This document shows positions 46,895 to 56,138 of a DNA stretch of 64,000 bases, piece after piece. Source of the stretch: Dehalococcoidia bacterium. GTDB taxonomy: Bacteria > Chloroflexota > Dehalococcoidia > SM23-28-2. The position numbers were made by a program, and so were the translations under genes. Position 1 is the stretch's first letter, and each line of letters begins with the position of its first letter. The stretch is from positions 2,040,443 to 2,104,442 of the forward strand of contig CP070630.1 in assembly GCA_020356025.1 (NCBI GenBank). The letters run 5' to 3'. The notes under the pieces were generated by a model. That model saw only the letters and a list, made by a program, of their open reading frames with translations, was not told the DNA's origin and made no database searches.

Positions 46895-48124
46895 TTACTG
46901 CTTGCGCTGCAGGCGATAGACGGCATTCGCAAACGTCAAAGTCACCACTTTACCGTCTGCCAACTCGCCGAATGAGGCAATAGGCTGCCCTGTCTCGGCG
47001 AGAAGAACTGGCAGGCTGTCATCAGCCGTGTTCGTGGCCCAAATGCGGCCGCTACAGAAGTCGCCGTAGACGTACCATCCATTCAGCTCAGGCATTGAGG
47101 CACCCCGGTAGACGTACCCACCGGTCACCGAGCACCCGGTATCGTGGCCGTAGACAGCTCGCGGCATTTGCAGCCCGCTCTTGTCGCAGTCCGGCGAGAG
47201 GAAGCACTCCAAGCCCTCCATGACGTTCCAGCCATAGTTCCCACCGGGAACGATGTGATTTACTTCCTCCCACCTGTCCTGTCCCACGTCCGCAGCCCAA
47301 AGCTCGCCGCTAGCCCTGTCGAAGCTAAAGCGCCAAGGGTTGCGCAGGCCGTAGGCATAGATCTCCGGGCGGGCATCAGCCATCGCCACGAATGGGTTGT
47401 CCGCTGGAGCCACATAGCCCTCGCCGGAGACATCCAGCCGGAGTATGGAGCCGAGGAGAGTCGAGAGGTTCTGAGCGTTGCCCTGTGGGTCACCAGCGGA
47501 GCCGCCATCGCCAACCGCGACGTACAGGTAGCCATCCGGCCCGAATGCCAGCTGCCCGCCGTTGTGATTACCGAAGGGCTGGGGGACCTCCAGAAGAACG
47601 TGTTCGCTCTCCGGGTCTATCGCTCCGTCAACAACCTGGAACCGTGACAGGACGCTGCGCCTGGGGTCGCCGGCCGCATAGTAGAGGTACACCCGCCCGT
47701 CCACCGAGAAGTCCGGCGAAAACGCCAACCCAAGGAGGCCTTCCTCGTTACCCGGGCTCTTGATCAGCCGGTCCGACATGTCGCCAAAGATGGTGGGACT
47801 GGAGTCACCTTCCACCGAACCCCGCCAAATCATCCCACCTTGAGTGACGAGTACCGCCTCCCCCTCGCTGCCAGGTATCGTAGAGAAGCCCAACATGCGG
47901 TCAAACGTAGCCCAGTCTAGAGCGGGGGCGAGTTCGTAGGCCTCCTCGACCGGGTGGGAGGGCGTGGCCGTCGGCTCTGGCGTCGGCGAGAACTCAGCGA
48001 CCACGGGCGACGGTGTGGGCGTCGGCTTGGGCGATGCCTCCTCCTCGCCGCCTTCGCAGGCTGGCACGAGCACCACCAGGCAGATCCCAAAGCTAAAAAC
48101 CATCCTCAAGGACGACCCCTTCAT
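46895..48124 (-). CDS. PQQ-dependent (glucose/sorbosone) sugar dehydrogenase lipoprotein
   Basis: EEGLLGLAFSPDF, NHNGGQLAFGPDGYLY, YAYGLRNPWR, GGNYGW, SVTGGYVY. Confidence 0.9.
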   Translation of the reverse strand: MKGSSLRMVFSFGICLVVLVPACEGGEEEASPKPTPTPSPVVAEFSPTPEPTATPSHPVEEAYELAPALDWATFDRMLGFSTIPGSEGEAVLVTQGGMIWRGSVEGDSSPTIFGDMSDRLIKSPGNEEGLLGLAFSPDFSVDGRVYLYYAAGDPRRSVLSRFQVVDGAIDPESEHVLLEVPQPFGNHNGGQLAFGPDGYLYVAVGDGGSAGDPQGNAQNLSTLLGSILRLDVSGEGYVAPADNPFVAMADARPEIYAYGLRNPWRFSFDRASGELWAADVGQDRWEEVNHIVPGGNYGWNVMEGLECFLSPDCDKSGLQMPRAVYGHDTGCSVTGGYVYRGASMPELNGWYVYGDFCSGRIWATNTADDSLPVLLAETGQPIASFGELADGKVVTLTFANAVYRLQRKQ

Positions 48125-48421
48125 TTTGATGCCTCCCTACTAGGTGTCCGCCTTCACTCGATGTGTGCGGTATCCTACTCGCAGGCGCACACCGGGGGCG
48201 CTCAAGCGGGAGCGGCGACTACCACCCACCTGGCCCAACGCAGCTTCACCGGAGCTTACACCGGTGAGCGGCACCGCCAATGACCTCCGGCGCTCCGGGT
48301 GCAAGCTATCTCTTACCGTGGAATAGCTCGCTGCCCGCTCCAGGGTACACAATGCGCTGAGTCTTCGGGGTGAGCCGTATGACATCTGGCCACTTGCCCG
48401 ATTCGCTCTCCCCCTTAGGCA

Positions 48422-49270
48422 CTAGCGCCGCTGTATTCGACCGGCTGCGAAGGCGCCGATACCGCCAGCCAACACCAGAGCGGCAAGGCCGGCGCCGATG
48501 GCTACCAGCCACGCGGTGGAATCCGAAGAGTCGCCCACGGGACCGCCGCCGGCCGTCGGAACGACGGTCGGGGTCGCAATGGGCGAGGGGGTCGGCACGA
48601 AGCTCGCGTCCGCCGTCAGCTTCGCGTTGAGGGCCGGCTGCCCCTCGAGCAGCCCGACCGCGAAGGCGGTATACACTGTGCCCTCCTCCAGCATGATGCC
48701 GGGAAGGTTCAGCGCCACGGTCTCTGTTCCGGCCGCCCGCACCTCAAGATCGTACGTGCCAGCCGGTAGGTTGAGATAGCCGCTGGCGTCCTTGAACGCT
48801 GCGTTGGGCACTACGACACCTGCGCCCTCGGCATAGATGTCCACGGCCGGAGCGTCTGGGGAAGCGTGAACGAAGCGAAGCTTGGACTCGCCGTCCGCCG
48901 GAGCACTGTTGTCGTCCACCAGAACCAGTGGCTCGATCTCCGCCAGAAGGCCAACAGCTGCCACAGTGTAGTCGGTGTCAGCGGACAGCGTCACGTCGGC
49001 GCTTATGAGCGGGTCGCCCGTGCCGTCGGCGGAGGCCGCGAAGACATCAACCGTGTGATCGCCGGCCGGGACGGACACGTAGTCGGTGATGTCGTCGAAG
49101 GCGAGGTCACTGATGGCCTCCGAGCCGTCTAGAAAGATGTCTACCGCCGGGGCATCGGGAGAGGCGTGCAGAACCCTGATGCGGGCCCCGTCCTCCTCCG
49201 CCGCGGCCGTCGACAGAGTTGTCAGGACTCCCACGAACCCTGCAAGGAAACCTACTAGTAGCTTGTTCAT
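48422..49270 (-). CDS. DUF4397 domain surface protein with C-terminal TM anchor
   Basis: Two RVLHASPDAPAVD repeats; signal peptide; VPTAG then hydrophobic helix and RIQRR tail. Confidence 0.82.
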   Translation of the reverse strand: MNKLLVGFLAGFVGVLTTLSTAAAEEDGARIRVLHASPDAPAVDIFLDGSEAISDLAFDDITDYVSVPAGDHTVDVFAASADGTGDPLISADVTLSADTDYTVAAVGLLAEIEPLVLVDDNSAPADGESKLRFVHASPDAPAVDIYAEGAGVVVPNAAFKDASGYLNLPAGTYDLEVRAAGTETVALNLPGIMLEEGTVYTAFAVGLLEGQPALNAKLTADASFVPTPSPIATPTVVPTAGGGPVGDSSDSTAWLVAIGAGLAALVLAGGIGAFAAGRIQRR

Positions 49271-49647
49271 CTCTGAACTCCTCCTTCCCCCATTGCAGGG
49301 AGAGTGACCATTCCGATCGTCGGGAGGCCCTAGTCGTTTCTCACACCTAGGACCTGCGCAAGTCATTTCATAGGCAACCTCCGGGTCTTGGTAATCGGCA
49401 AGTTGGAACCAGCCGTTCTCTGTGCAAATCAGGCCCATTATAGGCTTGTGATCGCGCATCAGATCTGAGCTCCGATCGACTAACCTGAGGCCTTCTCAGA
49501 ACCGATCTCCCAGTTGACAGCACTCATGAGCACCACGTCCTTGACAACATTCAAGCGGGATTCCTCATATCAAGCAGCATCGCTGTCCTCATTCGGCGCC
49601 GAGTCGCGTGACGCTGCTAACGAAACCGCGAGCTTCTCCTTCTTCCG

Positions 49648-49890
49648 TCATTCCTCCGTTACCCGGGTGGGGGACTCCTCGGGTCGTCCCCACCGCCCGC
49701 GGGACAGCTCGGAGAGGGGGTCATCCTCCCACAACCAGCTGTGGGCCCAGTTGCGAAAGTCTTTCTGAGCCCCGCACAGCCTGCAAATGCCCATGCTGGT
49801 TGGGCCGTTGGGGCTTTCGATCAGCCAGTGATGGCGGCACTGAGTTTGAGCCGTCGCCCCTCTGGCCCGTTTGACTGCTACCTCACTCAT
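49648..49890 (-). CDS. Small putative Zn-binding protein (CxHxW...CxxC)
   Basis: CRHHWLIESPNGPTSMGICRLCG; GAGG RBS; 12 nt after the receiver gene. Confidence 0.7.
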   Translation of the reverse strand: MSEVAVKRARGATAQTQCRHHWLIESPNGPTSMGICRLCGAQKDFRNWAHSWLWEDDPLSELSRGRWGRPEESPTRVTEE

Positions 49891-49902
49891 CGTCTTCCTC
49901 GA

Positions 49903-50307
49903 CTACGGTTGTTGGGGCTCACCCTTTGCCAACAAGAGGTGCTTCAGCATCGCGACGAGCTCCCAGGGATCGAAGGGCTTGGTTAGGAAGTGATTCCCCA
50001 GAGGGCCATAACGCCTGGTCGCCTCGGCTCGGTCCAGGGCAGATATCACGACCCAGACGGGGGAGCTGCTTGCTGCCTCGTCGAGCTGACGAAGCCACTC
50101 CAGGACTGCGCCCCCCTTGCTGTCGGGAAGCTGGAGATCGAGAACCGCGGCATCTGGGGGTTGCTGTTTCAAAATGTGCAGGGCCTCGCCGCCTGTCGCC
50201 ACACCGGCGGTGTCAAAGCCTGCGTTACTCAAGGAAAAGCGCAGCATCCTCGTCACACTTTCGTCGTCCTCGATCACAAGGACCCTTCTACGGATATCGC
50301 TAGCCAC
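49903..50307 (-). CDS. Single-domain response regulator (CheY-like receiver)
   Basis: VLVIEDD, LDLQLP, ISA, FLTKPF; probable leaderless GTG at 50307. Confidence 0.85.
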   Translation of the reverse strand: MASDIRRRVLVIEDDESVTRMLRFSLSNAGFDTAGVATGGEALHILKQQPPDAAVLDLQLPDSKGGAVLEWLRQLDEAASSSPVWVVISALDRAEATRRYGPLGNHFLTKPFDPWELVAMLKHLLLAKGEPQQP

Positions 50308-50314
50308 GTTTGCC

Positions 50315-50388
50315 ATAGTAGATGCCAGCTGTGTAGAACGTGTGAATGTCCGAGCGGGCGGCGTGAAAAAGACGTGAATGTCGGCGGC
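50315..50388 (-). promoter_or_regulatory. Promoter with four TTCAC-type direct-repeat boxes and -10 TACTAT
   Basis: Boxes at 50331, 50342, 50363 and 50374 (spacing 11/21/11); same layout as 55755-55828. Confidence 0.7.
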
Positions 50389-50526
50389 TAGAGACAAGCG
50401 CCACGGCGAACCAGAGGCCCCAAGCTGTCGCGCCAGCCATGCCCTATGCAGGGCGCTTAGGGAGTCAGCGGGGCGACGCAGGGGGTGGCGAGAAGGGAAA
50501 GGAGAACCCCAGCCGTTCAGGGAGAG

Positions 50527-53292
50527 CTAGGGCTTGGGCATACGGTATCCGGCCTGCCGCTCGGTGAAGATAAATCGGGGGTGGTGGGCGTCATCACCCA
50601 ACTTACGGCGAAGATTGCGGATGAAGGAGCGCACGAGTTCGGTCTCGCCGCGGTACTCTTCTCCCCACACTTGCTGGAGAATCTGGTCATAGGTCAAGAC
50701 CCGCCCGGCATGGGTTGCCAGCTCGTACAGGATCTTGTACTCGGTGGCGGAGAGAGCGACCTGCTCGCTTGCCACGGTGACCCGCCGCTCTGCAAAGTTG
50801 ACTCTCAGATCACCCAGCACAAACGGCGGCCTCGCCTCCATCAGGTCGGGCAAGAGCCGCCGTCGCAGGGCTGCCCCAATACGAGCAAGCAACTCCGAGG
50901 GGGAGAAGGGCTTGGTAATGTAGTCGTCGGCCCCCATCCTCAGGGCGCGGACGGTGTCCTCCTCCCGATCGCTAGCAGTGAGAAAGATAACCGGCACCCC
51001 TGAGAACTCCCGGATGCGCCGGAGCAGGTCGAAGCCGCTGGTCCGGGGAAGCCTAAGGTCCAGCAGAACTAGGTCTGGCTCCTCCAACTCCATCAGTTTC
51101 GCGACCTCTGACGGGTTGCTGGTCACGATGGGCTGGTACCCCGCCTCGTCCAGGGAACGCTGGACATAGCGCAGCACCTGCGGCTCGTCATCGACGGCGA
51201 GCACGCGCGTCCTCTCACCTGCCCGCCGGACCCTCCCCAGGTGCACGGTCCTCCGAGTTTCGTCCGATAATGACTTGACACCGGTTTCGGCGGCTACCGG
51301 CAAGGTGAAACTGAAGGTGGAGCCTTGTCCCTCCCCAGGACTATCGGCCCGGATGCGCCCGCCCTGGGCCTCCACAATACCCTTGCAGATGGCCAATCCG
51401 AGGCCGGTGCCAGAAAGCTTTTGCCCGCCATCGTCGTGAACCTGCGAGAATTTCCTGAACAGAAGAGGCAGCTTCTCCCTGGGGATTCCGCGGCCCCGGT
51501 CTCGGACATGGATTGTGACCTGCAAGGGGTCGTGCTCCGCTGCTATGGTGATGGGCGCTGTTGCCGGAGAGAATCTGGCCGCGTTGTTGAGGAGGTTCGT
51601 CAGCACCTGAACGACCCTGTGCCGGTCTGCGTTGACAGCGGGGAGGTCGTCGGGTACCTCCAACTCGACCTGGTGACGGCCGCCGCTTCGCGCAAAAGTT
51701 GCCCGGGCTTCCTTGAGAACGTCCCGCAGATCGGTAGGTTCAGCGCCGATCGACAGGGAGCCAGCCTCGATGCGCGTCATGTCCAGGAGGTTGTCCACCA
51801 GGTCCCTAAGGCGGTCTGCTTGCTCGTCAATGATCTGAAAGAGTTCTCTATTCTCCTCGGGACTGAAGGGCCTCTGGCTGCCCAACGCCGTCGCTGCAGA
51901 CCCCTTGATTGCTGTGAGCGGTGTCTTCAGCTCGTGGGTGACCATGCCCAGGAATTCGCTACGGAGCTTCTCCAACTCCTCCTGGGCCCGCTTTCGCTCG
52001 GTGATGTCCAGGGTGTATTCGATCACCTGCCTGACATTTCCTTCGTGATCGAGAACCGGGTGGCAGTGGACTTCCACAGCGCGGTCATTGCCATCGGTAT
52101 CGCGGTGGATATGCTCGACCGTGACGGGCGCCTTAGTCTGCTTGACCACTTCGAGGGGGCAGACGTGTTCGTCGCCTTTACACGGCTCGGTCAGTCCATG
52201 GGTGAGCGCGTAACAGGTTGCGGCTTCCCGCAATCCGCCCCGACAAGCGGCTGCATTGGCCATCTTGATGGTATAGTCTTCGGCCTCTATCACATAGAAC
52301 GGGTGGCGAAGGGCGTCCAGGACGGCCTGAAGGAAGGCGCTATGCTCCCGGATTCTCTCCTGCGCCCGCCCGCGCTCGGTGACACGGCCCAGTCTCTCGG
52401 CAATGGCGTTGATCAGGTTTCGCTCTTCCTTTAGGAAGGGCCCCTCATCGCTCTTGGGCCTCTCCTCGAGATAGCAGACCTCCACAATGCCAAGCCGCTG
52501 CCCAAGCACGATGATGTCGGCTGTCTGCCTCCAGTTGCTTTCTCTGAAGTTTCCTGTCCTGAACTCTTGATCCTCCAGCATGATGCGGGCGCACGTCACT
52601 TCGGGGTACTGCCAGGCTGGGGGAATCAGTTCGACTGTCCCCTGGAGGAACTGTTCCAGCGAAAAATCGGCCCGCTCAACGAGACGGGAGATACCGTAGA
52701 GGCAGTTCAGTTCCTTGACGCGCTCGCTAAGATGGTGGGTCCGTTCGCTCAGCGCTTGCTCTGTCCGCGTCTTCTCTGTCACGTCGACGAGGGAGAGCAC
52801 AAGCCCTTGCATGGCCCCGGAGGCATCCGTGACGGGCGAAAGCGTCCAGTCCCAGTAAGTTACGCCGCGTTCTGGCTGGTCCGCGTATACGAAGGGCTTG
52901 GCGGTGTACTGGACCGCTTCCCCCGTGTCCCTCACCTTCTCGAATATGGCCCGGTTCTCGGGATCGGGGAACAAGGCGAAGTGATTCGTCCCGATGAGCT
53001 CTTCGGCCGTGTGGCCTGAACCTTTGGCGTAAGCAGAGCTGACCTTGATGAAGTTGAAATCAGTGTCTAGGTAGGCGATCTGTGCACTTGTGGTCTCCAT
53101 GATGACATCCAGCATGTCTCTCTCACGCTGGACGCTTGCGGCAAGCTGCTCCGTGTGGCTCTGCTCTCGACGCCGCCTAGCGAGGCGCGCGTCGTGACTC
53201 TCCCCGTGGCGCTGGGCCACTGTGTTCGGAGCCTTCTTTCGCTTCTTGTTCTTCACCATCACGTCCCGCTGACTGCAACTCGGGATAACCAT
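50527..53292 (-). CDS. Hybrid sensor-regulator: PAS, GAF-like, PAS, HisKA/HATPase, receiver, OmpR-type wHTH
   Basis: VTHELKTPL, NLLNNA, DRGRGI, GTGLGL, AVDDE, LLDL, YITKPF, KdpE-like C-terminus RKLGDD...TERQAGYRM; start 53292 or 53259. Confidence 0.9.
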   Translation of the reverse strand: MVIPSCSQRDVMVKNKKRKKAPNTVAQRHGESHDARLARRRREQSHTEQLAASVQRERDMLDVIMETTSAQIAYLDTDFNFIKVSSAYAKGSGHTAEELIGTNHFALFPDPENRAIFEKVRDTGEAVQYTAKPFVYADQPERGVTYWDWTLSPVTDASGAMQGLVLSLVDVTEKTRTEQALSERTHHLSERVKELNCLYGISRLVERADFSLEQFLQGTVELIPPAWQYPEVTCARIMLEDQEFRTGNFRESNWRQTADIIVLGQRLGIVEVCYLEERPKSDEGPFLKEERNLINAIAERLGRVTERGRAQERIREHSAFLQAVLDALRHPFYVIEAEDYTIKMANAAACRGGLREAATCYALTHGLTEPCKGDEHVCPLEVVKQTKAPVTVEHIHRDTDGNDRAVEVHCHPVLDHEGNVRQVIEYTLDITERKRAQEELEKLRSEFLGMVTHELKTPLTAIKGSAATALGSQRPFSPEENRELFQIIDEQADRLRDLVDNLLDMTRIEAGSLSIGAEPTDLRDVLKEARATFARSGGRHQVELEVPDDLPAVNADRHRVVQVLTNLLNNAARFSPATAPITIAAEHDPLQVTIHVRDRGRGIPREKLPLLFRKFSQVHDDGGQKLSGTGLGLAICKGIVEAQGGRIRADSPGEGQGSTFSFTLPVAAETGVKSLSDETRRTVHLGRVRRAGERTRVLAVDDEPQVLRYVQRSLDEAGYQPIVTSNPSEVAKLMELEEPDLVLLDLRLPRTSGFDLLRRIREFSGVPVIFLTASDREEDTVRALRMGADDYITKPFSPSELLARIGAALRRRLLPDLMEARPPFVLGDLRVNFAERRVTVASEQVALSATEYKILYELATHAGRVLTYDQILQQVWGEEYRGETELVRSFIRNLRRKLGDDAHHPRFIFTERQAGYRMPKP

Positions 53293-53306
53293 GGTTCTTA
53301 TTGTCG

Positions 53307-53315
53307 AGTATACCA
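53307..53315 (-). promoter_or_regulatory. Extended -10 promoter (TGgTATACT) for the hybrid kinase
   Basis: Overlaps the ORF-track start, so the true start is downstream. Confidence 0.45.
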
Positions 53316-53531
53316 CTAGCGAGGTAACGCTAGATACCGCCCGTCGTCAGCAGCTTTCGCGATCTGTACGAGCAGCCCTTAGTGGCCATTTCAAGGCTTG
53401 CTCTCGCTGCCCAGACGAAGGTCGGGTATCACCCGCGCGAAAGGACCGGTGAGCGCCCCAAGAGCGTTCAGCGGCACGAGTCGAGGTGCAGGCCAGGAGC
53501 GGAGAGACCTGGGAGCTGAGCCGCAAAAGGA

Positions 53532-53559
53532 AGAGAGCCGCGGCCGGCTGCGGCTCTCT
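53532..53559 (-). terminator. Intrinsic terminator after the multicopper oxidase
   Basis: 12-bp stem AGAGAGCCGCGG/CTGCGGCTCTCT followed on the minus strand by TCCTTTT. Confidence 0.7.
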
Positions 53560-53591
53560 CCCCGTTGCGTTTGGCCCGTATCAGGGTTTGC

Positions 53592-55553
53592 CTATGGCGC
53601 AACCGTGTACGGCCGCATCATCTCGTTGTCCTCGTGGTCGAGGATGTGGCAGTGCCAGACGTAGCCCGGGCCGGCCGTCGGGTCAAAGGGGAACGTGTTG
53701 ACTCCGGCACTCACGTTGTTGACCGGGACATCTTGCGGCGCCCACCGCACGACGATGCGGGTGACCTCGCCGGGGTACATGATGACGGTGTCCTTCCAGC
53801 CCGTTTCGTTGGCTGCCGGCGGCGCGGCCTTCCCCTGCAGGAAAGCACCTATGGCCGGGTTGCCGCCAACGGCGCCATCGGCGTTGGGGGTGTCATACGG
53901 CAGCGGGGGTCCAGCAGCAGGGTTGTAGACACCTCCGGCGAACGCCGCATCGTAGGCCTTCAGATACTTGCTCGCCTGGAATCCCTGGCGGCTGAGGACC
54001 TGGAACTGCACCAGGTGCAGGTGGATGGGGTGGGCGTCGCCCGTCAGGTTGATGACCTCCCACACCTCGGTCGAGCCGACCCGCGGCATCTCCGTTATCC
54101 CCGGCGCAGGAAGGCCCGACATGGTGCCGTCCCACTTGGTGTTGTTGAGCAGCGCCTCCAAGGGACCACCGGCACCCATGACCTCGTTGAGGGTCAATTG
54201 TCTGACTTGATCTGGCAGGATGGTGGTCACGGCCGGATCTAGGCCGACGATGGGGTTAGCGGGCCGCAGGCTGCCCGGGAGAGCGATCGCGGGGTTGTAG
54301 CTGGTGTCCGGGCCGCCTGTAGGGAAGCCCACCCGGAACTGCATTATCTGTCCGACCGTCTGTGGATCTGGCGTTGCCCCTTGCGGGAAGGGCGCCCGCG
54401 CGTTGTTAGTCATGATGAGCTTGGTTCCCGGCTTCACTTTCGCGAAGTCGACGATAACGTCAGCGCGCTCACCCGGCGCGAGGAGGAGCTTGTTGACCTC
54501 CACCGGCGTGTCGAGCAATCCGCCGTCGGTCCCGATCTGCCAGAAGGTCAGCCCTCTCGGCAGATTCAGTTCATAGAAGCGGGCGTTCGAGCCGTTCAAG
54601 AGGCGGAAGCGGTAGCGGCGCGGCTCCACATCCAGGTACGGCCAGGTCTTGCCGTTGACCACGATGGTGTCGCCCAGGAACTCCGGCTGCCAGAAGGGGT
54701 GCTCCGGGTTGAGAGCCGGCGCGTCCGGGAAGAGCCACTGACCGTTGGTATCGAACATGCGGTCCTGGATGACGATCTCCGCCTCTTGCTGTCCGCTGGG
54801 CAGGTTGGCAGGCTCATTCAGTGGATCCCTCAGCAAGTAGAAGCCCGCCAGGCCACCGTAGACGTTTAGTCGCGTGACGCCCAGAGCGTGGTCGTGGTAC
54901 CAGAGCGTGGCGGCTTCCTGGGTGTTGGGATAGGTGTATGTGTTCGTCACAAACCCGGGGCCTGTCTGCGCGAATCCGGGGGTGAACCACGAATCCGGGT
55001 GACCATCGAAGGCCGAAGGGACCTCCCCGCCGTGCAAATGGGTGACCGCGGGCACGGGGCCAGCGTAGGGGTCTACAAGGGGATCGCCCACTGGGCCGAT
55101 AGGATCGGCCCAGTGAAGGGTCTGGTCCACCGTGAGGTATTGCTGGAGCACGGGGTTCACCAAGTTGTTGAAGTAGGTGATCGTCGTGGGCACGCCGCGC
55201 TGCGCCTCAATCGTGTAGGCGGGATATAGAGGGCCGAAGGGAGTCGGGTTCCCGGCCTCGGTTATCTGGTAGCCCCAGACATATGTGCCCGCGTTATATG
55301 GAGCAGGCAAACCAGCGTAAGATGCCGCGGGAAGGACTTGCTGCTGGAACTCCTCCATTGTCACAGTTAGTGGCACGGTCCCATCGACCCTGTTGCCAGC
55401 AAACGTGGGCAGCGGATCCACGTATTTCGGGATGGCCCCCCCGGGAAGAGGAACCTGCGGAACCTGAACAGATGCGCCCGCCGTTGACCCGATGAACAGC
55501 ACCGTGAACAGCACAGCCACGGCTGCTGCGACTAGTAGAGCGCTCTTCTTCAT
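53592..55553 (-). CDS. Multicopper oxidase, CotA/bilirubin-oxidase-like, secreted
   Basis: HLHG, WYHDH, HPIHLH, WHCHILDHEDNEM; signal peptide. Confidence 0.95.
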   Translation of the reverse strand: MKKSALLVAAAVAVLFTVLFIGSTAGASVQVPQVPLPGGAIPKYVDPLPTFAGNRVDGTVPLTVTMEEFQQQVLPAASYAGLPAPYNAGTYVWGYQITEAGNPTPFGPLYPAYTIEAQRGVPTTITYFNNLVNPVLQQYLTVDQTLHWADPIGPVGDPLVDPYAGPVPAVTHLHGGEVPSAFDGHPDSWFTPGFAQTGPGFVTNTYTYPNTQEAATLWYHDHALGVTRLNVYGGLAGFYLLRDPLNEPANLPSGQQEAEIVIQDRMFDTNGQWLFPDAPALNPEHPFWQPEFLGDTIVVNGKTWPYLDVEPRRYRFRLLNGSNARFYELNLPRGLTFWQIGTDGGLLDTPVEVNKLLLAPGERADVIVDFAKVKPGTKLIMTNNARAPFPQGATPDPQTVGQIMQFRVGFPTGGPDTSYNPAIALPGSLRPANPIVGLDPAVTTILPDQVRQLTLNEVMGAGGPLEALLNNTKWDGTMSGLPAPGITEMPRVGSTEVWEVINLTGDAHPIHLHLVQFQVLSRQGFQASKYLKAYDAAFAGGVYNPAAGPPLPYDTPNADGAVGGNPAIGAFLQGKAAPPAANETGWKDTVIMYPGEVTRIVVRWAPQDVPVNNVSAGVNTFPFDPTAGPGYVWHCHILDHEDNEMMRPYTVAP

Positions 55554-55754
55554 TGGTCGTCTCCTTCCTTCAGTTCTTCAATGCTCTGCGCCGTCAGCAA
55601 TAGGCCGTATCCATAGGCACCTCCCCACTCCATCAGTCATCTCCACTCGTGCTTCCCTTATCCAGATGGGATTTCCCATCGCCATCGCTCTTCTCTCTCG
55701 GCGAGCCGGAGAGAAGGGACTGTACTGCGCTCGAGCCCTCTAGGGTTGAGGTTC

Positions 55755-55828
55755 ATGTTAGATGGCGGTTGTGAAGAGCGCGTGAACAGGGGAGCGGGCG
55801 GCATGAAAAAGGCGTGAATGCCGGGGGC
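55755..55828 (-). promoter_or_regulatory. Promoter with four TTCAC-type boxes and -10 TAACAT
   Basis: Boxes at 55771, 55782, 55803 and 55814; offset of 5440 bp from the 50315 copy for every element. Confidence 0.7.
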
Positions 55829-56138
55829 CACTCAGTGGCTACGGGGGGTGCTAGGCCGAAGGTCGCAGGGCGGGGTCGCTGTCTGCGAGCAGCTCCAGAG
55901 GGCCGGGTGGGATTCGAGGGGGCCATACGCGATGGGCATTTGTGTGGGAGGTGGGGATGGCAGGCGAACCGCTGTGGGCAGTGCAGAAGCTGGTACCTGT
56001 AACTGCATCGCCAGGGCGAGCGGCACGACGGTGGTGACGAGCAGGGGGATAGGGAAGCGGCGGTGGCCTGATGCTTGGCGGCTTCACTCGAGCGGATGAA
56101 GTGGACGGACCTGGCTTTGTGGCAACAGAGCTCGCGCG

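Noticed and set aside
49271-49459. ORF-track N-terminal extensions (also 11104-11499, 16685-16945, 20382-20666, 34439-34582)
   Set aside because: Downstream starts have RBSs and match family N-termini or signal peptides; the extensions overlap promoters or neighbouring genes
53561-53595. GGCAAACC...ACGCAA on the minus strand, resembling a c-di-GMP-I riboswitch
   Set aside because: No GNRA tetraloop/receptor P2 stem, and it lies at the 3' end of a gene just before a terminator
55832-56087. Signal-peptide-like text (RRFPIPLLVTTVVPLALAMQLQVPASA) on the minus strand
   Set aside because: No in-frame start and no recognisable domain follows; possibly a pseudogene relic but unsupported
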